NCBI GenBank assembly: GCA_900548285.1
Contig: URKE01000001.1
Coordinates: 21,274 to 85,273 of the forward strand
Direction: 5' to 3'
Origin: an uncultured Eubacteriales bacterium
GTDB taxonomy: Bacteria > Bacillota > Clostridia > Christensenellales > Borkfalkiaceae
Length of the DNA: 64,000 bases
Shown: positions 36,902 to 47,696 of the stretch, one piece after another
Layout: each line of letters opens with the position of its first letter
Position numbering within the stretch: the stretch's first letter is position 1
Notes under the pieces: model-generated
Seen by the model: only the letters and a program-made list of their open reading frames with translations
Told to the model about the DNA's origin: nothing
The model's database searches: none
Translations under genes and position numbers: made by a program

Positions 36902-37099
36902 AAGTGTAAATTTCTCCCGTGGCTTACCGCAAGGCGTTCGATCGCCTGTCGGCCGCATATAATCAATTATAACAAATCGAAACGATAAAAGCAAACGAAA
37001 GGTAAAATATTCTTTGATTTTTTTGCGTTGATTTTCTTTTCTTTTTTTGCGGCTGATGATATAATTGAAATATAGTCCGCAAGGAGAAAAAGGAAACAT

Positions 37100-37963
37100 A
37101 TGAAAACGGAAATTATTGATTTGTACGAATATTTTAACGTGAAAAAGCCCGAAGGTGCGAGGGGATATCTCGCGACTTACGTTGCCGCGCTTTCCCCAGA
37201 GATAGATCCCGGAAGGAAATTGCCCGCAATGCTCGTTATTCCGGGCGGGGCTTATTATATGGTGAGCGACAGAGAAGCCGAACCCGTCGCGTTAAAGTTT
37301 TTTGCCGCGGGGTTCAACGCGTTCGTTCTGAATTACTCCGTCGCGGGCGATTCGGCGGTGAAATATCCTTATCAGATCGCGGAAGCGGAAATGGCGGTCG
37401 CTTATCTCAGGTTGAACACCGAAAAATTGCATATCGACGCGGAAAAAATAGCCGCCGTCGGCTTTTCTGCCGGCGGGCATCTCTGCGCGATGCTCGGCAG
37501 TTGCCACAATTGTCCGTCGGTCGGCGAAGTTTTCAAACCGCCGGTATGCGTAAAGCCCAACGCCGTAGTGCTGAGTTATCCCGTCATCACGTGCAATCCG
37601 GAATGCGGACATCTCGACAGTTTCAAATTCCTTTGCGGAGAGGGTAGAAAGGACTTGTATGATAAGGTGGATATTCTCAATCTTATCGACGAAAATTCCG
37701 CGCCGGCGTTCATATGGTCAACCTTCAACGACGGGGCCGTGCCGTGCGATAACGCCTTGCTCGCCGCTCTTAAATATAAGGAACGCAAAGTTCCCGTGTC
37801 CGTTCACGTTTTCGGGAAAGGTCAGCACGGCTTGTCCGTTGCCGACGCCACCGTTTATAAAAATTCCGACGCCGTTGACAATATGTCGGTTTCCGCGCCG
37901 GAATGGGTAAGACTTGCTCTCGAATGGCTCGAAGAGCAGGGAATTTATACCAAATTATATTAA
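37100..37963 (+). CDS. Alpha/beta hydrolase (acetyl esterase/lipase-like)
   Basis: VIPGGAY, GFSAGGHL nucleophile elbow. Confidence 0.7.
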   Translation: MKTEIIDLYEYFNVKKPEGARGYLATYVAALSPEIDPGRKLPAMLVIPGGAYYMVSDREAEPVALKFFAAGFNAFVLNYSVAGDSAVKYPYQIAEAEMAVAYLRLNTEKLHIDAEKIAAVGFSAGGHLCAMLGSCHNCPSVGEVFKPPVCVKPNAVVLSYPVITCNPECGHLDSFKFLCGEGRKDLYDKVDILNLIDENSAPAFIWSTFNDGAVPCDNALLAALKYKERKVPVSVHVFGKGQHGLSVADATVYKNSDAVDNMSVSAPEWVRLALEWLEEQGIYTKLY

Positions 37964-37984
37964 GTCGTAATGAATTTTGATTTA

Positions 37985-38040
37985 AGAAATTTAAAACGCG
38001 GGCTTCGGCGGCGAATTTTCGCCGCCGAAGCCCGCGTCGT
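37985..38040. terminator. Bidirectional terminator
   Basis: aaaacgcgggcttcggcggcgaattttcgccgccgaagcccgcgtcgtttt. Confidence 0.75.
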
Positions 38041-38056
38041 TTTATCTGTTTATCGA

Positions 38057-38848
38057 TTATCTTATGTCTGGCGTACCGTTGAATTTCTGACGGCGACACC
38101 ACACTTTCATAACGAGTTTGTGCGGCAGAATCTTCGTTAAAAAACGCTGAAAGTTGTTCGTTCCGCCGTAAACGGAAACGTCTTTACCTTTCATCGCGTC
38201 GTTAAAAGCCTTGAGAACGACTTTTTTCGGGTCGTACATAACGCCGTAATTTATGATAACCGTTTTTTCGTCTTTAACCACGGCGCGGTCGAAAAATTCC
38301 GTTTTCGTCCAGTAGGGGCAAACCGCCGTCGCGGTGATGTTTTTGTATTTAAGTTCTACGTTCAAAGCCCTCGTATAACTTAAAACGAACGCTTTCGTCG
38401 CCGCGTAAATATTGATATAGGGAATAGGCTGAAACGCCGCGCAACTCGCGATGTTGATTATTTTGCCGCCCTTTTCCATATGCGGCAAGGTCGCGTCGGT
38501 CATCGCGACGACGGCTTTTACGTTAAGGTCTATCATATTCTGATTTACTTCGGGCGAAATGTTCTCGTAATGATTGAACTTTCCGTAGCCCGAGCAATTC
38601 ACGAGCATTTTCACGTTCGCCTCTTCCGCTTCGAGCATGTCCTTATATATTTTAACGTTGGAAACGTCGGAAAGGTCGAGAGAAACGGGCTTTACCGGCG
38701 TTTTTAAAATGTTGCCGAGTTCTTCGAGTTTTTCTTTTCTGCGCGCGATCGCCCAGATTTCGTCCGCGCTTATTTTCTTGTCAAGAAGTTCCGCAAACTC
38801 CTTGCCGATACCGCTGCTTGCGCCCGTGATTACTATAACGTTTTTCAT
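38057..38848 (-). CDS. SDR-family oxidoreductase
   Basis: TGASSGIG and YxxxK motifs. Confidence 0.85.
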   Translation of the reverse strand: MKNVIVITGASSGIGKEFAELLDKKISADEIWAIARRKEKLEELGNILKTPVKPVSLDLSDVSNVKIYKDMLEAEEANVKMLVNCSGYGKFNHYENISPEVNQNMIDLNVKAVVAMTDATLPHMEKGGKIINIASCAAFQPIPYINIYAATKAFVLSYTRALNVELKYKNITATAVCPYWTKTEFFDRAVVKDEKTVIINYGVMYDPKKVVLKAFNDAMKGKDVSVYGGTNNFQRFLTKILPHKLVMKVWCRRQKFNGTPDIR

Positions 38849-38895
38849 TTTATCAACCTCTTATATATTTTTGTTTAAGTATTTTCGATTTTTGT

Positions 38896-39372
38896 TTAAA
38901 TGTTTTCGATTTTCCCGTCGGGAAGAATTCTGACGTGGCGATCGGCTTTTCCGTTCCAGCAGAGCGCGGCGAGCGTTATTCCGTCGTTTTTGAAAAATCC
39001 GCGCAGGTTTTCCGCGATTTTTTCGTTTCCGCCGCAGTACCACGCGAGCAGTTCGTCGAGTGAATTAAAATCCGCCCCTGCGACCGTTCTCGAGCCGCCG
39101 AAAAGTCTTTTTCCGCCGAGAAAAAATTCTGCCGCGCACAGTTCGTTTTTCAAAAATTTCTCCGCGTGGGCGATAAGTCCGTCGAGGTCGCTTGCGGCGA
39201 ATCTCGCCGTCTGATAGGTGAATTCCATAACGTTTTCCTCGTTGCCGAACGTTATTGCCATATTGTTATCCGAATAAGGGTTTTTTATTCCTATAAATTT
39301 CACGCCGCGATATTCGTAAATTTCCGCGCCGTATTTTTTCAACTTGTTTTCAACGTATTCTATATTGTTCAT
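38896..39372 (-). CDS. Hypothetical protein
   Basis: 158 aa, no family recognised. Confidence 0.45.
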   Translation of the reverse strand: MNNIEYVENKLKKYGAEIYEYRGVKFIGIKNPYSDNNMAITFGNEENVMEFTYQTARFAASDLDGLIAHAEKFLKNELCAAEFFLGGKRLFGGSRTVAGADFNSLDELLAWYCGGNEKIAENLRGFFKNDGITLAALCWNGKADRHVRILPDGKIENI

Positions 39373-39512
39373 AATTATATTTTAGCACATCGCGAGAGAA
39401 AAGTAAAACGAACGACAAAAATATTTTGCAAATAAAGTTATATAAAACGCTTGACAAATTACAAAGCGTGTGTTACAATATTGTCGAAAATAAACGCAGA
39501 GGACGAACGCAG

Positions 39513-40142
39513 ATGGAAAAATCGATGTACAGCGTGATTTTAAGGGACGACCTTGTCGGAGAACTCGATAGGCTTGCTTTTAAAAACGGAGTGAGCCGTT
39601 CGGTCATGCTCAACAAAATTCTCTCGGAGTATCTCGACGTGGAAACGCCCGAGGCGCAAATGGAGAGAATGTTTCTTAAAATGGAACAGTTCATCGGCGC
39701 GGTGAGCGGGCTGAGATTTATCAACAACGCGTCGCTTGCGATGGCGCAGGTACAGAGCGCGTTGCATTACAGATATAATCCCACGCTTCGTTATCAGGTT
39801 GAGTTGTTTCCCGCGGGCGATCTCGGGCAACTGAAAATTTCGCTCCGCTCGCAAAGCAAGGAACTTTTCCGCGCGATGGAAGGGTTTTATTCGTTGTTTA
39901 TTTCTCTCGAAAAGAAGTATATCGGCGAGCGCGCGTATTTTTATCAGGACGGCAGGTTCGTAAGAGTGTTCGTCCGCCCCGAGAATGCCGGCGCGGAAGA
40001 ACTCGGCGAGGCTATAGGCGAATTCGTTAGAGAATTCGACGAATATCTGAATTGCTATTTATCCTGCGACGAAGCGGTTGCCGCCGCGGTTGTCGAAAAG
40101 GCGTTTGTGAAAAACTTAAAAACAAAGAAGGTGATATTATGA
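39513..40142 (+). CDS. Ribbon-helix-helix (CopG-like) domain protein, stop overlapping clpB start
   Basis: N-terminal MYSVILRDDLVGELDRLA..SRSVMLNKIL RHH pattern. Promoter TTGACA-17-TACAAT at 39452-39482. TGA overlaps the clpB ATG (ATGA at 40139-40142). Confidence 0.55.
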   Translation: MEKSMYSVILRDDLVGELDRLAFKNGVSRSVMLNKILSEYLDVETPEAQMERMFLKMEQFIGAVSGLRFINNASLAMAQVQSALHYRYNPTLRYQVELFPAGDLGQLKISLRSQSKELFRAMEGFYSLFISLEKKYIGERAYFYQDGRFVRVFVRPENAGAEELGEAIGEFVREFDEYLNCYLSCDEAVAAAVVEKAFVKNLKTKKVIL

Positions 40143-42724
40143 ATATGCAGAACTTAACTCAAAAATCTGCCGAAGCGATCAACGAGGCGGTTAACGTCGC
40201 CAAGGAATACGGCTCGGCGGAGGTTTCCGAGGAACATGTTCTTTCGGCTCTTTTAAACGATGCCGACGGGTTGATTCCGCAGATTTTCAAACGGATGAAT
40301 GTTTCCGTTGAAGGGTTGAAAGATGATGTTAATCGGCTTATAGGCGGACTTAACAGGTCGTCTAAGGCGGGTGAAACGCTTTCTGCAACTCTTTCGGACG
40401 CGTTTTCCGTCGCCGAGAGAAAGGCGAAAGAAATGCGCGACGATTTCATTTCCGTCGAACATATTCTTTACGGTATTATAGAAAAGCCGTCCGACGGACT
40501 TAAATCTCTTTTCCGCAGTTACGGGATAACGTCAAACGATTATCTTAAGGTTCTCGCGGAGGTGAGAGGCAGTTCGAGAGTGACGAGCGACAACCCCGAG
40601 GAAACTTACGACGTGCTTAACAAATACGGCACGGAACTCGTGGAAAAGGCGCGTAGCGGAAAACTCGATCCCGTTATCGGCAGAGACGACGAAATAAGAA
40701 ACGTCATCCGTATCCTTTCGAGAAAAACGAAGAACAATCCCGTGCTTATCGGTGAGGCGGGCGTCGGTAAAACGGCAATCGCCGAGGGACTTGCCATAAG
40801 AATAATGAAAGGCGACGTTCCGGAAAACCTTAAGGACAGAAAATTGTTCTCGCTGGATATCGGCGCGCTTATCGCCGGCGCGAAATTCCGCGGCGAGTTC
40901 GAGGAAAGGCTCAAAGCCGTGCTTAACGAAGTGAGGAAAAGCGAAGGCAAAATCATTTTGTTCATCGACGAACTCCACACCATAGTCGGCGCGGGCAAAT
41001 CGGACGGCGCTATGGACGCGGGCAACCTCTTGAAGCCTATGCTTGCGAGGGGCGAACTGCATTGCATCGGCGCGACCACGCTCGACGAGTACAGAAAATA
41101 TATCGAAAAAGATCCCGCTCTGGAGCGTCGTTTTCAGCCGGTTATGGTCAACGAGCCGACGGTCGAAGATACGATCGCGATTTTGAGAGGTCTTAAGGAA
41201 AGATACGAAGTTTTCCACGGCGTTAAAATTCAGGATAACGCGCTCGTTTCGGCGGCTGTTTTATCCAACAGATATATCACTGACAGATTTTTGCCCGATA
41301 AGGCTATCGACCTTGTGGACGAAGCCTGCGCGATGATAAAAACCGAAATGAACTCGATGCCGTCCGAAATGGAGGACGTTTCGAGAAAGATAATGAAACT
41401 CGAAATCGAGGAAACTTCGCTCAAAAAAGAAACGGACGAACTCTCCAAAAAGCGTCTTTCGGATATAAGAGAAGAGTTGACTTCGCTCAGAGAAAAATAT
41501 TCCGCGATGAACGCAAAACTCATCAACGAAAAGGCGAATATCAACAAAGTGCAGAAACTGAGAGAAGAGATAGAATCGCTCGGAGCGGAAATCGACAAAG
41601 CCGAAAGGTCGTATGACCTTAATAAGGCTGCGGAACTGCGTTACGGCAAACTTCCCGAACTCAAAAAGGAACTTGCGGAAGCGGAAAACAAAACCCGCGG
41701 CGACGAAAACGAACTTTTGCACGACAAAGTAACCGAAGAGGACGTTGCGAGAATCATTTGCAGATGGACGGGAATACCCGTCGCAAAACTTATGGAAGGC
41801 GAGCGTGAAAAACTTTTAAGACTCGAAGATATTCTGCACGAAAGAGTTATCGGACAGGACGAAGCGGTGAGAAGCGTGGCCGAGGCAATTCTTCGTTCGA
41901 GAGCGGGAATTTCTGACGTTAATCGACCTATAGGCTCGTTTTTGTTCCTCGGTCCTACAGGCGTCGGCAAGACGGAACTTGCAAAAACTCTTGCGAGAGC
42001 GCTTTTCGACGACGAGAAAAATATGATCAGAATCGATATGAGCGAGTATATGGAAAAGTTCTCGGTTTCAAGGCTCATCGGCGCTCCCCCGGGATACGTC
42101 GGATTCGAGGACGGCGGACAACTTACCGAAGCGGTGAGAAGAAAACCTTACTCCGTGGTTTTGTTCGATGAAATCGAAAAGGCTCATCCGGACGTTTTCA
42201 ACATTCTTTTGCAGGTGCTTGACGACGGCAGAATTACCGACTCGCAAGGCAGAACGGTCGACTTTAAAAACACGGTCATTATCCTCACGTCCAACCTCGG
42301 TTCGTCGATTATTCTCGACGGTATCGACGAAAAAGGCGAGATAACCGAGGATGCGAAAAACGAGGTGAACGCCCTTCTTAAAAAGTCGTTCCGCCCCGAA
42401 TTTTTAAACAGACTCGACGAGATAGTATTCTACAAGCCGCTCACGAGAGAGGAAATAGGCAAGATTATCGATTTGTTCCTTAAAGGACTTTCGGGCAGAC
42501 TTGCCGAGAAAAATATTTCGCTCACCGTAACCGAAGCGGCAAAGGATTATATCGTTAAGAGCGGTTACGATCCCGTTTACGGCGCGCGTCCGCTCAAGAG
42601 ATTTATTTCGCACACGGTTGAAACGCTCATCGCGAAAAAGATTATCGGCGGATTCTTCGAACCGGGAGATACGGCTGTCGTCGATTACGACGGAGAAGAA
42701 CTTACAGTTTACAAGCAGAAATAA
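40139..42724 (+). CDS. clpB: Chaperone ClpB
   Basis: Two AAA+ modules ([18 protein letters not shown]), coiled-coil M-domain. 861 aa. Confidence 0.95.
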   Translation: MNMQNLTQKSAEAINEAVNVAKEYGSAEVSEEHVLSALLNDADGLIPQIFKRMNVSVEGLKDDVNRLIGGLNRSSKAGETLSATLSDAFSVAERKAKEMRDDFISVEHILYGIIEKPSDGLKSLFRSYGITSNDYLKVLAEVRGSSRVTSDNPEETYDVLNKYGTELVEKARSGKLDPVIGRDDEIRNVIRILSRKTKNNPVLIGEAGVGKTAIAEGLAIRIMKGDVPENLKDRKLFSLDIGALIAGAKFRGEFEERLKAVLNEVRKSEGKIILFIDELHTIVGAGKSDGAMDAGNLLKPMLARGELHCIGATTLDEYRKYIEKDPALERRFQPVMVNEPTVEDTIAILRGLKERYEVFHGVKIQDNALVSAAVLSNRYITDRFLPDKAIDLVDEACAMIKTEMNSMPSEMEDVSRKIMKLEIEETSLKKETDELSKKRLSDIREELTSLREKYSAMNAKLINEKANINKVQKLREEIESLGAEIDKAERSYDLNKAAELRYGKLPELKKELAEAENKTRGDENELLHDKVTEEDVARIICRWTGIPVAKLMEGEREKLLRLEDILHERVIGQDEAVRSVAEAILRSRAGISDVNRPIGSFLFLGPTGVGKTELAKTLARALFDDEKNMIRIDMSEYMEKFSVSRLIGAPPGYVGFEDGGQLTEAVRRKPYSVVLFDEIEKAHPDVFNILLQVLDDGRITDSQGRTVDFKNTVIILTSNLGSSIILDGIDEKGEITEDAKNEVNALLKKSFRPEFLNRLDEIVFYKPLTREEIGKIIDLFLKGLSGRLAEKNISLTVTEAAKDYIVKSGYDPVYGARPLKRFISHTVETLIAKKIIGGFFEPGDTAVVDYDGEELTVYKQK

Positions 42725-42747
42725 TTTACTCATAATTTGTTTTATTC

Positions 42748-42790
42748 ATTGCGCCCCGCGGTTGTCAGAAACAACCGCGGGGCGCTTTAC
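42748..42790 (+). terminator. Intrinsic terminator after clpB
   Basis: gcgccccgcggttgtcagaaacaaccgcggggcgcttt. Confidence 0.8.
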
Positions 42791-42942
42791 TGTTACGCGC
42801 GACTTATCCGTTTGCCGCACTGATACGCGCGAAGCGTCTTATCGTATATAATTATTTTATATTATATTACAATACGATTGCAAAAAATGCGGATAAATGG
42901 TATAATAAAAAAGATATTTAGTATATTTGCGGGTTTTTGCGT

Positions 42943-43668
42943 ATGTATAAGCATTTTTTGAAAAGACTTTTTGATTTTTTGATTTCGTTCGTCGCGATAA
43001 TCGTTCTTATTCCGGTGTGGATAATTTTAACGATAGCGATTTTCGTCACCGATCCGGGGACGATTGTTTTCAAGCAAAACCGTGTGGGCAAAAATAAAAA
43101 AATTTTCAAAATTCTTAAGTTCAGAACAATGAAAATGTCAACGCCGAGGGACGTTCCCACTCATATGCTCGAAAATCCCGATCAATATTTCACGCCGATA
43201 GGGAAGTTTCTGAGAAAGACGAGCCTCGACGAGTTGCCGCAACTTTTCAACATTTTGTTCGGACAGATGGCGATTATCGGACCTCGCCCCGCTCTCTGGA
43301 ATCAGGACGATCTCATTGCCGAACGCGACAAATACGGCGCGAATTCTATACGCCCCGGGCTTACCGGCTGGGCGCAGATAAACGGCAGGGACGAACTCGA
43401 AATCCCGGTAAAGGCTAAACTGGACGGCGAATACGTCGAGAAACTGAGTTTCGCGTTCGACGTAAAGTGCTTTTTCGGAACGATAAAATCCGTTCTTAAA
43501 CACGACGGGGTTGTCGAGGGCGGCACGGGTGAACTTCACAAAGAGAAAGCCGAAAAAGAAAAAGCCGAAAGCGAAAATGCGAAAGCCGAAAAAGAGAAAG
43601 CCGAAAGCGAAAATGCGAAAGCCGAAAGCGAAAATGAAAAAGCCGGGAACGTCGCGGAGGAAAAATGA
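42943..43668 (+). CDS. Polyprenyl-phosphate hexose-1-phosphate priming sugar transferase (WbaP/CpsE C-terminal family) with KAEKE-repeat tail
   Basis: FKQNRVGKNKKIFKILKFRTM...DELPQLFNIL...GPRP motifs. 36-bp tandem repeats 43543-43648. Confidence 0.85.
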   Translation: MYKHFLKRLFDFLISFVAIIVLIPVWIILTIAIFVTDPGTIVFKQNRVGKNKKIFKILKFRTMKMSTPRDVPTHMLENPDQYFTPIGKFLRKTSLDELPQLFNILFGQMAIIGPRPALWNQDDLIAERDKYGANSIRPGLTGWAQINGRDELEIPVKAKLDGEYVEKLSFAFDVKCFFGTIKSVLKHDGVVEGGTGELHKEKAEKEKAESENAKAEKEKAESENAKAESENEKAGNVAEEK

Positions 43669-44510
43669 AGAAGATTTTAATAACGGGCGCGAACAGTTAT
43701 ATAGGCGTTTCGTTTGAAAAATATATGGAAAAATTCGGCGACGAATATTCGGTGGACACGGCGGATATGATCGGCGACGAATGGAAAAACAAAGATTTTT
43801 CGACTTATAGCGTGGTTTTTCACGTTGCGGCGGTCGTTCACAAAAAAGAAACGAAAGACCTTGTTTCGCAGTATTACGCAGTAAACAGGGATCTGGCGGC
43901 AGAAGTTGCCGAAAAAGCGAAATCGGACGGTGTGAAGCAATTCATTTTTCTCAGTTCGATGAGCGTTTACGGAATCGTTACGGGAAAAATCGCGGCTGTT
44001 ACCGAGCCGAAGCCGAAGAGCCATTACGGAAAATCGAAATTGCAGGCGGAACAGAAACTTTTACCGATGAACGACGACGCTTTTAAGGTATGCGTGTTGC
44101 GCCCGCCGATGATTTACGGAAAAGGTTGCAAAGGAAATTATCGGGCTTTGGAGAAGTTTGCGGGGAAATTGCATTTCTTCCCGTACGTCGCCAACGAAAG
44201 ATCGATGCTTTACGTCGACAATCTTGCGGCTTTCGTAAAACTCATGATAGACAAAGACGAATCAGGCGTGTTCTTCCCGCAAAACGACGAATACACGAAC
44301 ACTTCTCTTATGGTTAAGAGCATCGCCGCCGCGCGCGGCAGAAAAATGCGGCTCGTTAAAGGTTTCACGCCGCTCATCAGATTTCTCGGCTTGTTTACGG
44401 GGCTTGTAAACAAAGCGTTCGGCAACCTTACTTACGACAAATCGCTTTCTTATCCCGATTTCAAACCGGAGTTCGGGCTTGAAGAATCGATAGTCCTTTC
44501 GGAAACGTGA
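43665..44510 (+). CDS. NAD-dependent epimerase/dehydratase
   Basis: GANSYIG Rossmann, YxxxK. Confidence 0.75.
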   Translation: MKKILITGANSYIGVSFEKYMEKFGDEYSVDTADMIGDEWKNKDFSTYSVVFHVAAVVHKKETKDLVSQYYAVNRDLAAEVAEKAKSDGVKQFIFLSSMSVYGIVTGKIAAVTEPKPKSHYGKSKLQAEQKLLPMNDDAFKVCVLRPPMIYGKGCKGNYRALEKFAGKLHFFPYVANERSMLYVDNLAAFVKLMIDKDESGVFFPQNDEYTNTSLMVKSIAAARGRKMRLVKGFTPLIRFLGLFTGLVNKAFGNLTYDKSLSYPDFKPEFGLEESIVLSET

Positions 44511-44511
44511 T

Positions 44512-45624
44512 ATGAAAAAAATAATGCTTATCTGCGGCGCGTCGCACACCGTGTTGAATTTCAGAAGCAGCCTTGTTTCCGCGCTCATAGAGAATAATTG
44601 CGAGGTCGCGGTGGTTGCGCTCGATTCCGAAAAAAAAGACGAAATCGAAAAACTCGGCGTTAAGGTTTTCGTTTGCGGCGAAAACAAAAACAGGGACGTT
44701 TCGCCCTTTAAACTTTTAAAATTGAAGAAGAATTATCTTCGGATAATAAGAGAATTCCGCCCCGATACGGTTTTCACCTTTATGATAAAACCCAACACTT
44801 TCGGCGCGCTTGCGGCGAAAAAAGCGGGGGTTAAAAATATCTTTTCGATGGTCGAGGGGCTTGGCGACGTCTTTATCAACAACGGATTGAAATGGAAATT
44901 GATTCGCCGCGCCGCGTGTTTTCTTTACAAAAAATCCTTTAAAAATTGTCGTAAAGTTTTCTTTCTGAACGGCGACGACAAAGCGGAGTTTATAAAGCGG
45001 AAACTCGTTCGCGAAGAGCAGTGCGAAATTATTTTCGGGATAGGCGTAGACCTTGAAAAGTTCGCCTATAAGCCGATTAAAGCGAAAAAATCGTTTTTAA
45101 TGGTCGCAAGAATGATCAGGAACAAAGGCGTTTTCGAGTTCTGCGAGTGCGCGAGAAAAGTTAAAGAAAAACACCCCGACGCCGTGTTTGATTATCTCGG
45201 CTGGGAGGGCAACGTAAAGGTTGCGGATATAAAAGAATATCTCGACGACGGAAGCGTTAATTATCTCGGCGTGACGAGCGACGCGCGCCCCTATTACGAG
45301 GAATGTACGGCTCTTATTCTGCCGTCTTACCGCGAGGGAATGCCTGTTTCCGTTATGGAAGCGCAGGCGACGGGCAGAGCGGTTATCGTTACAAACGTTG
45401 CGGGGTGCAGGGAAACCGCGCGCGACGGTTATAACGGCTTTATCGTGCCCGCGGCGAACGCCGACGCTTTGGCGGAAAAGGCGATATTTATGATAGAACA
45501 CCCCGAAGAAACGAGGAAAATGGGCGAAAACGCGAGGTTGTTCGCCGAAGAAAACTTCGACCGGAAAAAAATCAACGAAAGAGTGTTGGCGATATCGGAG
45601 AAAATATCAGAGGAACAGGCATGA
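44512..45624 (+). CDS. Glycosyltransferase family 4
   Basis: GT-B fold EX7E-like region SYREGMPVSVMEAQATG. Confidence 0.85.
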   Translation: MKKIMLICGASHTVLNFRSSLVSALIENNCEVAVVALDSEKKDEIEKLGVKVFVCGENKNRDVSPFKLLKLKKNYLRIIREFRPDTVFTFMIKPNTFGALAAKKAGVKNIFSMVEGLGDVFINNGLKWKLIRRAACFLYKKSFKNCRKVFFLNGDDKAEFIKRKLVREEQCEIIFGIGVDLEKFAYKPIKAKKSFLMVARMIRNKGVFEFCECARKVKEKHPDAVFDYLGWEGNVKVADIKEYLDDGSVNYLGVTSDARPYYEECTALILPSYREGMPVSVMEAQATGRAVIVTNVAGCRETARDGYNGFIVPAANADALAEKAIFMIEHPEETRKMGENARLFAEENFDRKKINERVLAISEKISEEQA

Positions 45625-46688
45625 AGAAAATACTTTTTATGACAAACCATTTGCAATATTCCAACGGGGTTGCAACCGTTTTGAAAGGCTACGCAAACGA
45701 ACTTGTTCGCCGCGGCTTCGAGGTCGATATCGTCTGTCTTTTTTTGTGCGAGGACGAATGGGTGAAAAACGAACTCGACGAGAGGGTGAAAGTGAAACGC
45801 GTTTTCAAAAAATACTTCAGAGGGTTTGCCCGTCTGGTCGATATGATTCCCGATTCGGTTCTTTATCGTAAGATAGTCAAAGAGAAATACGACGTCGAGG
45901 TTGCTTTCCAATTCGGTATGCCGACGAAAATTCTGAGCGCGAGTAAAAATCCGAACAAGGTTGCCTGGATACATACTTATGACGAATACCATTTAAAGCA
46001 ACACGAAAAATTTGCTAAGATAGTCACCTGCGCGGCTGATGCTGCGGAGAGATATAAAAAAGCGTTCAGATACCCCGAAAGAGTTACTTATCTGTATAAT
46101 CCGGTAGACGAGAAAATCGTTATCGAAAAAAGCGAAAGAGAGTGCGCCGTCAAAAAGGAAAACGGAAAATTTATTTTCGGCTCGGTCGGTCGCCTTTCTC
46201 CGGAAAAGGGTTACGACAGATTGATAAAAATTTACGCGAAGATAGCCGATAAAGTCGAAAATTCGGAACTCTGGATTATAGGAAACGGCCCGGAAGAAGA
46301 AAAACTGAAATCGCTCGTAAAGGAAACGGGAACGGACGGACGGGTAAAACTGTTCGGGCGGCAGACCAATCCTTATAATTTTATGAAACAATTCGACGTG
46401 TTCGTCTGCTCGTCGTACAGCGAGGGGATGAGTACGGTTTGCACCGAAGCGTTGATGCTCGGAGTGCCTTGCGTTTCCACACTTGTCGGCGGGAGCGAGG
46501 AACTTATAGAAAAATACGGTTGCGGCGTTGTCGCGCGGAGCGACGAAGAATTTGAAAAAAGTTTGCTGAACGTTTATGAAAACAGCGATCTCTTAGAGAA
46601 TTATAAATCTCATATCGGAGATAACGACGAGTTGCTTTACGATTCAAGAGTGAATAAAATCGTCGGTTTTTTTGAAACGTCGGAATAA
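45621..46688 (+). CDS. Glycosyltransferase family 4
   Basis: SSYSEGMSTVCTEALMLGVP. Confidence 0.85.
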   Translation: MKKILFMTNHLQYSNGVATVLKGYANELVRRGFEVDIVCLFLCEDEWVKNELDERVKVKRVFKKYFRGFARLVDMIPDSVLYRKIVKEKYDVEVAFQFGMPTKILSASKNPNKVAWIHTYDEYHLKQHEKFAKIVTCAADAAERYKKAFRYPERVTYLYNPVDEKIVIEKSERECAVKKENGKFIFGSVGRLSPEKGYDRLIKIYAKIADKVENSELWIIGNGPEEEKLKSLVKETGTDGRVKLFGRQTNPYNFMKQFDVFVCSSYSEGMSTVCTEALMLGVPCVSTLVGGSEELIEKYGCGVVARSDEEFEKSLLNVYENSDLLENYKSHIGDNDELLYDSRVNKIVGFFETSE

Positions 46689-46704
46689 AACGTAGGGATA
46701 AGAT

Positions 46705-47694
46705 ATGAAATTTTCGGTTATTGTACCTGTTTATAACGTGGAACGATTTTTAAGGCAGTGCGTGGAAAGCGTGCTGAATCAGAGTTGCGGGGATTTTGAA
46801 CTTATTCTCGTAGACGACGGTTCGCCGGATAATTGTCCGCGGATATGCGACGAGTATGCGCTAAAAGACGGAAGAGTGAAAGTTATCCATAAAACGAACG
46901 GCGGCTTGGTCTCTGCAAGAAAAGCGGGCTGCGTGGTTGCTGTCGGGGAATACGTCGTTTGTCTCGACGGGGACGATTATATCGCTCCGAATTGTTTGGA
47001 TTCTTTTGCAAAAGCAATCGACGCGTATTCTCCTGATATTTGTCTTTGCGGCTTTTATAAAGCGTATTCGGAAAACGAAGTCAAGTGTCTGCCCTTTGAA
47101 AATGCGGGGTTTTACGATAAGGAAACAATCGAGAAACATATTTACCCTTATCTTATAGAAAATAAATACGGCAGATATTTTTCTGCGTCGATCTGGGCGA
47201 AAGCCTTCAGACGGGAAATCTATACGGAATATCAGACGAGTGTGGATTCAAGGATAAAAATCGGAGAAGATCAGTGCGTGGTTAAGCCGTGCGTGTTCCG
47301 CGCCGAAAGCCTTTACGTCATCGACGAATGTCTGTATTATTACAGGCAAAACGACGAATCGATGACGAAGAGCAAAGGCGTTTTCGATTTGTCCGTTCCT
47401 AAACTCATCGCGAATCACTTCGAAAAAGAAATCGACGTTTCGTCGTTCGATTTTCAGGCGCAGATATATCGTCACGCCGTTCACGATTTGTTCAACGCCG
47501 TTGCTTCGCAGTTCAACGCAAAGCGCGACGAAAAAGAAATCAGACGAATCATCAGGCAAACGTTAAGCGACGAGTACTATAAAAAAGCGTTGAAAGAAAG
47601 CAGGTTTGCTTTTTTATCGAAAGGCTGGCTCGCCCGAAAAGCATTGAAAAACAAAATGTTTTGCCTTATAAAAGCATATAACGATCGGAGATAA
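46705..47694 (+). CDS. Glycosyltransferase family 2
   Basis: SVIVPVYN...LVDDGSPD...CLDGDD (DxD). Confidence 0.85.
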   Translation: MKFSVIVPVYNVERFLRQCVESVLNQSCGDFELILVDDGSPDNCPRICDEYALKDGRVKVIHKTNGGLVSARKAGCVVAVGEYVVCLDGDDYIAPNCLDSFAKAIDAYSPDICLCGFYKAYSENEVKCLPFENAGFYDKETIEKHIYPYLIENKYGRYFSASIWAKAFRREIYTEYQTSVDSRIKIGEDQCVVKPCVFRAESLYVIDECLYYYRQNDESMTKSKGVFDLSVPKLIANHFEKEIDVSSFDFQAQIYRHAVHDLFNAVASQFNAKRDEKEIRRIIRQTLSDEYYKKALKESRFAFLSKGWLARKALKNKMFCLIKAYNDRR

Positions 47695-47696
47695 AA

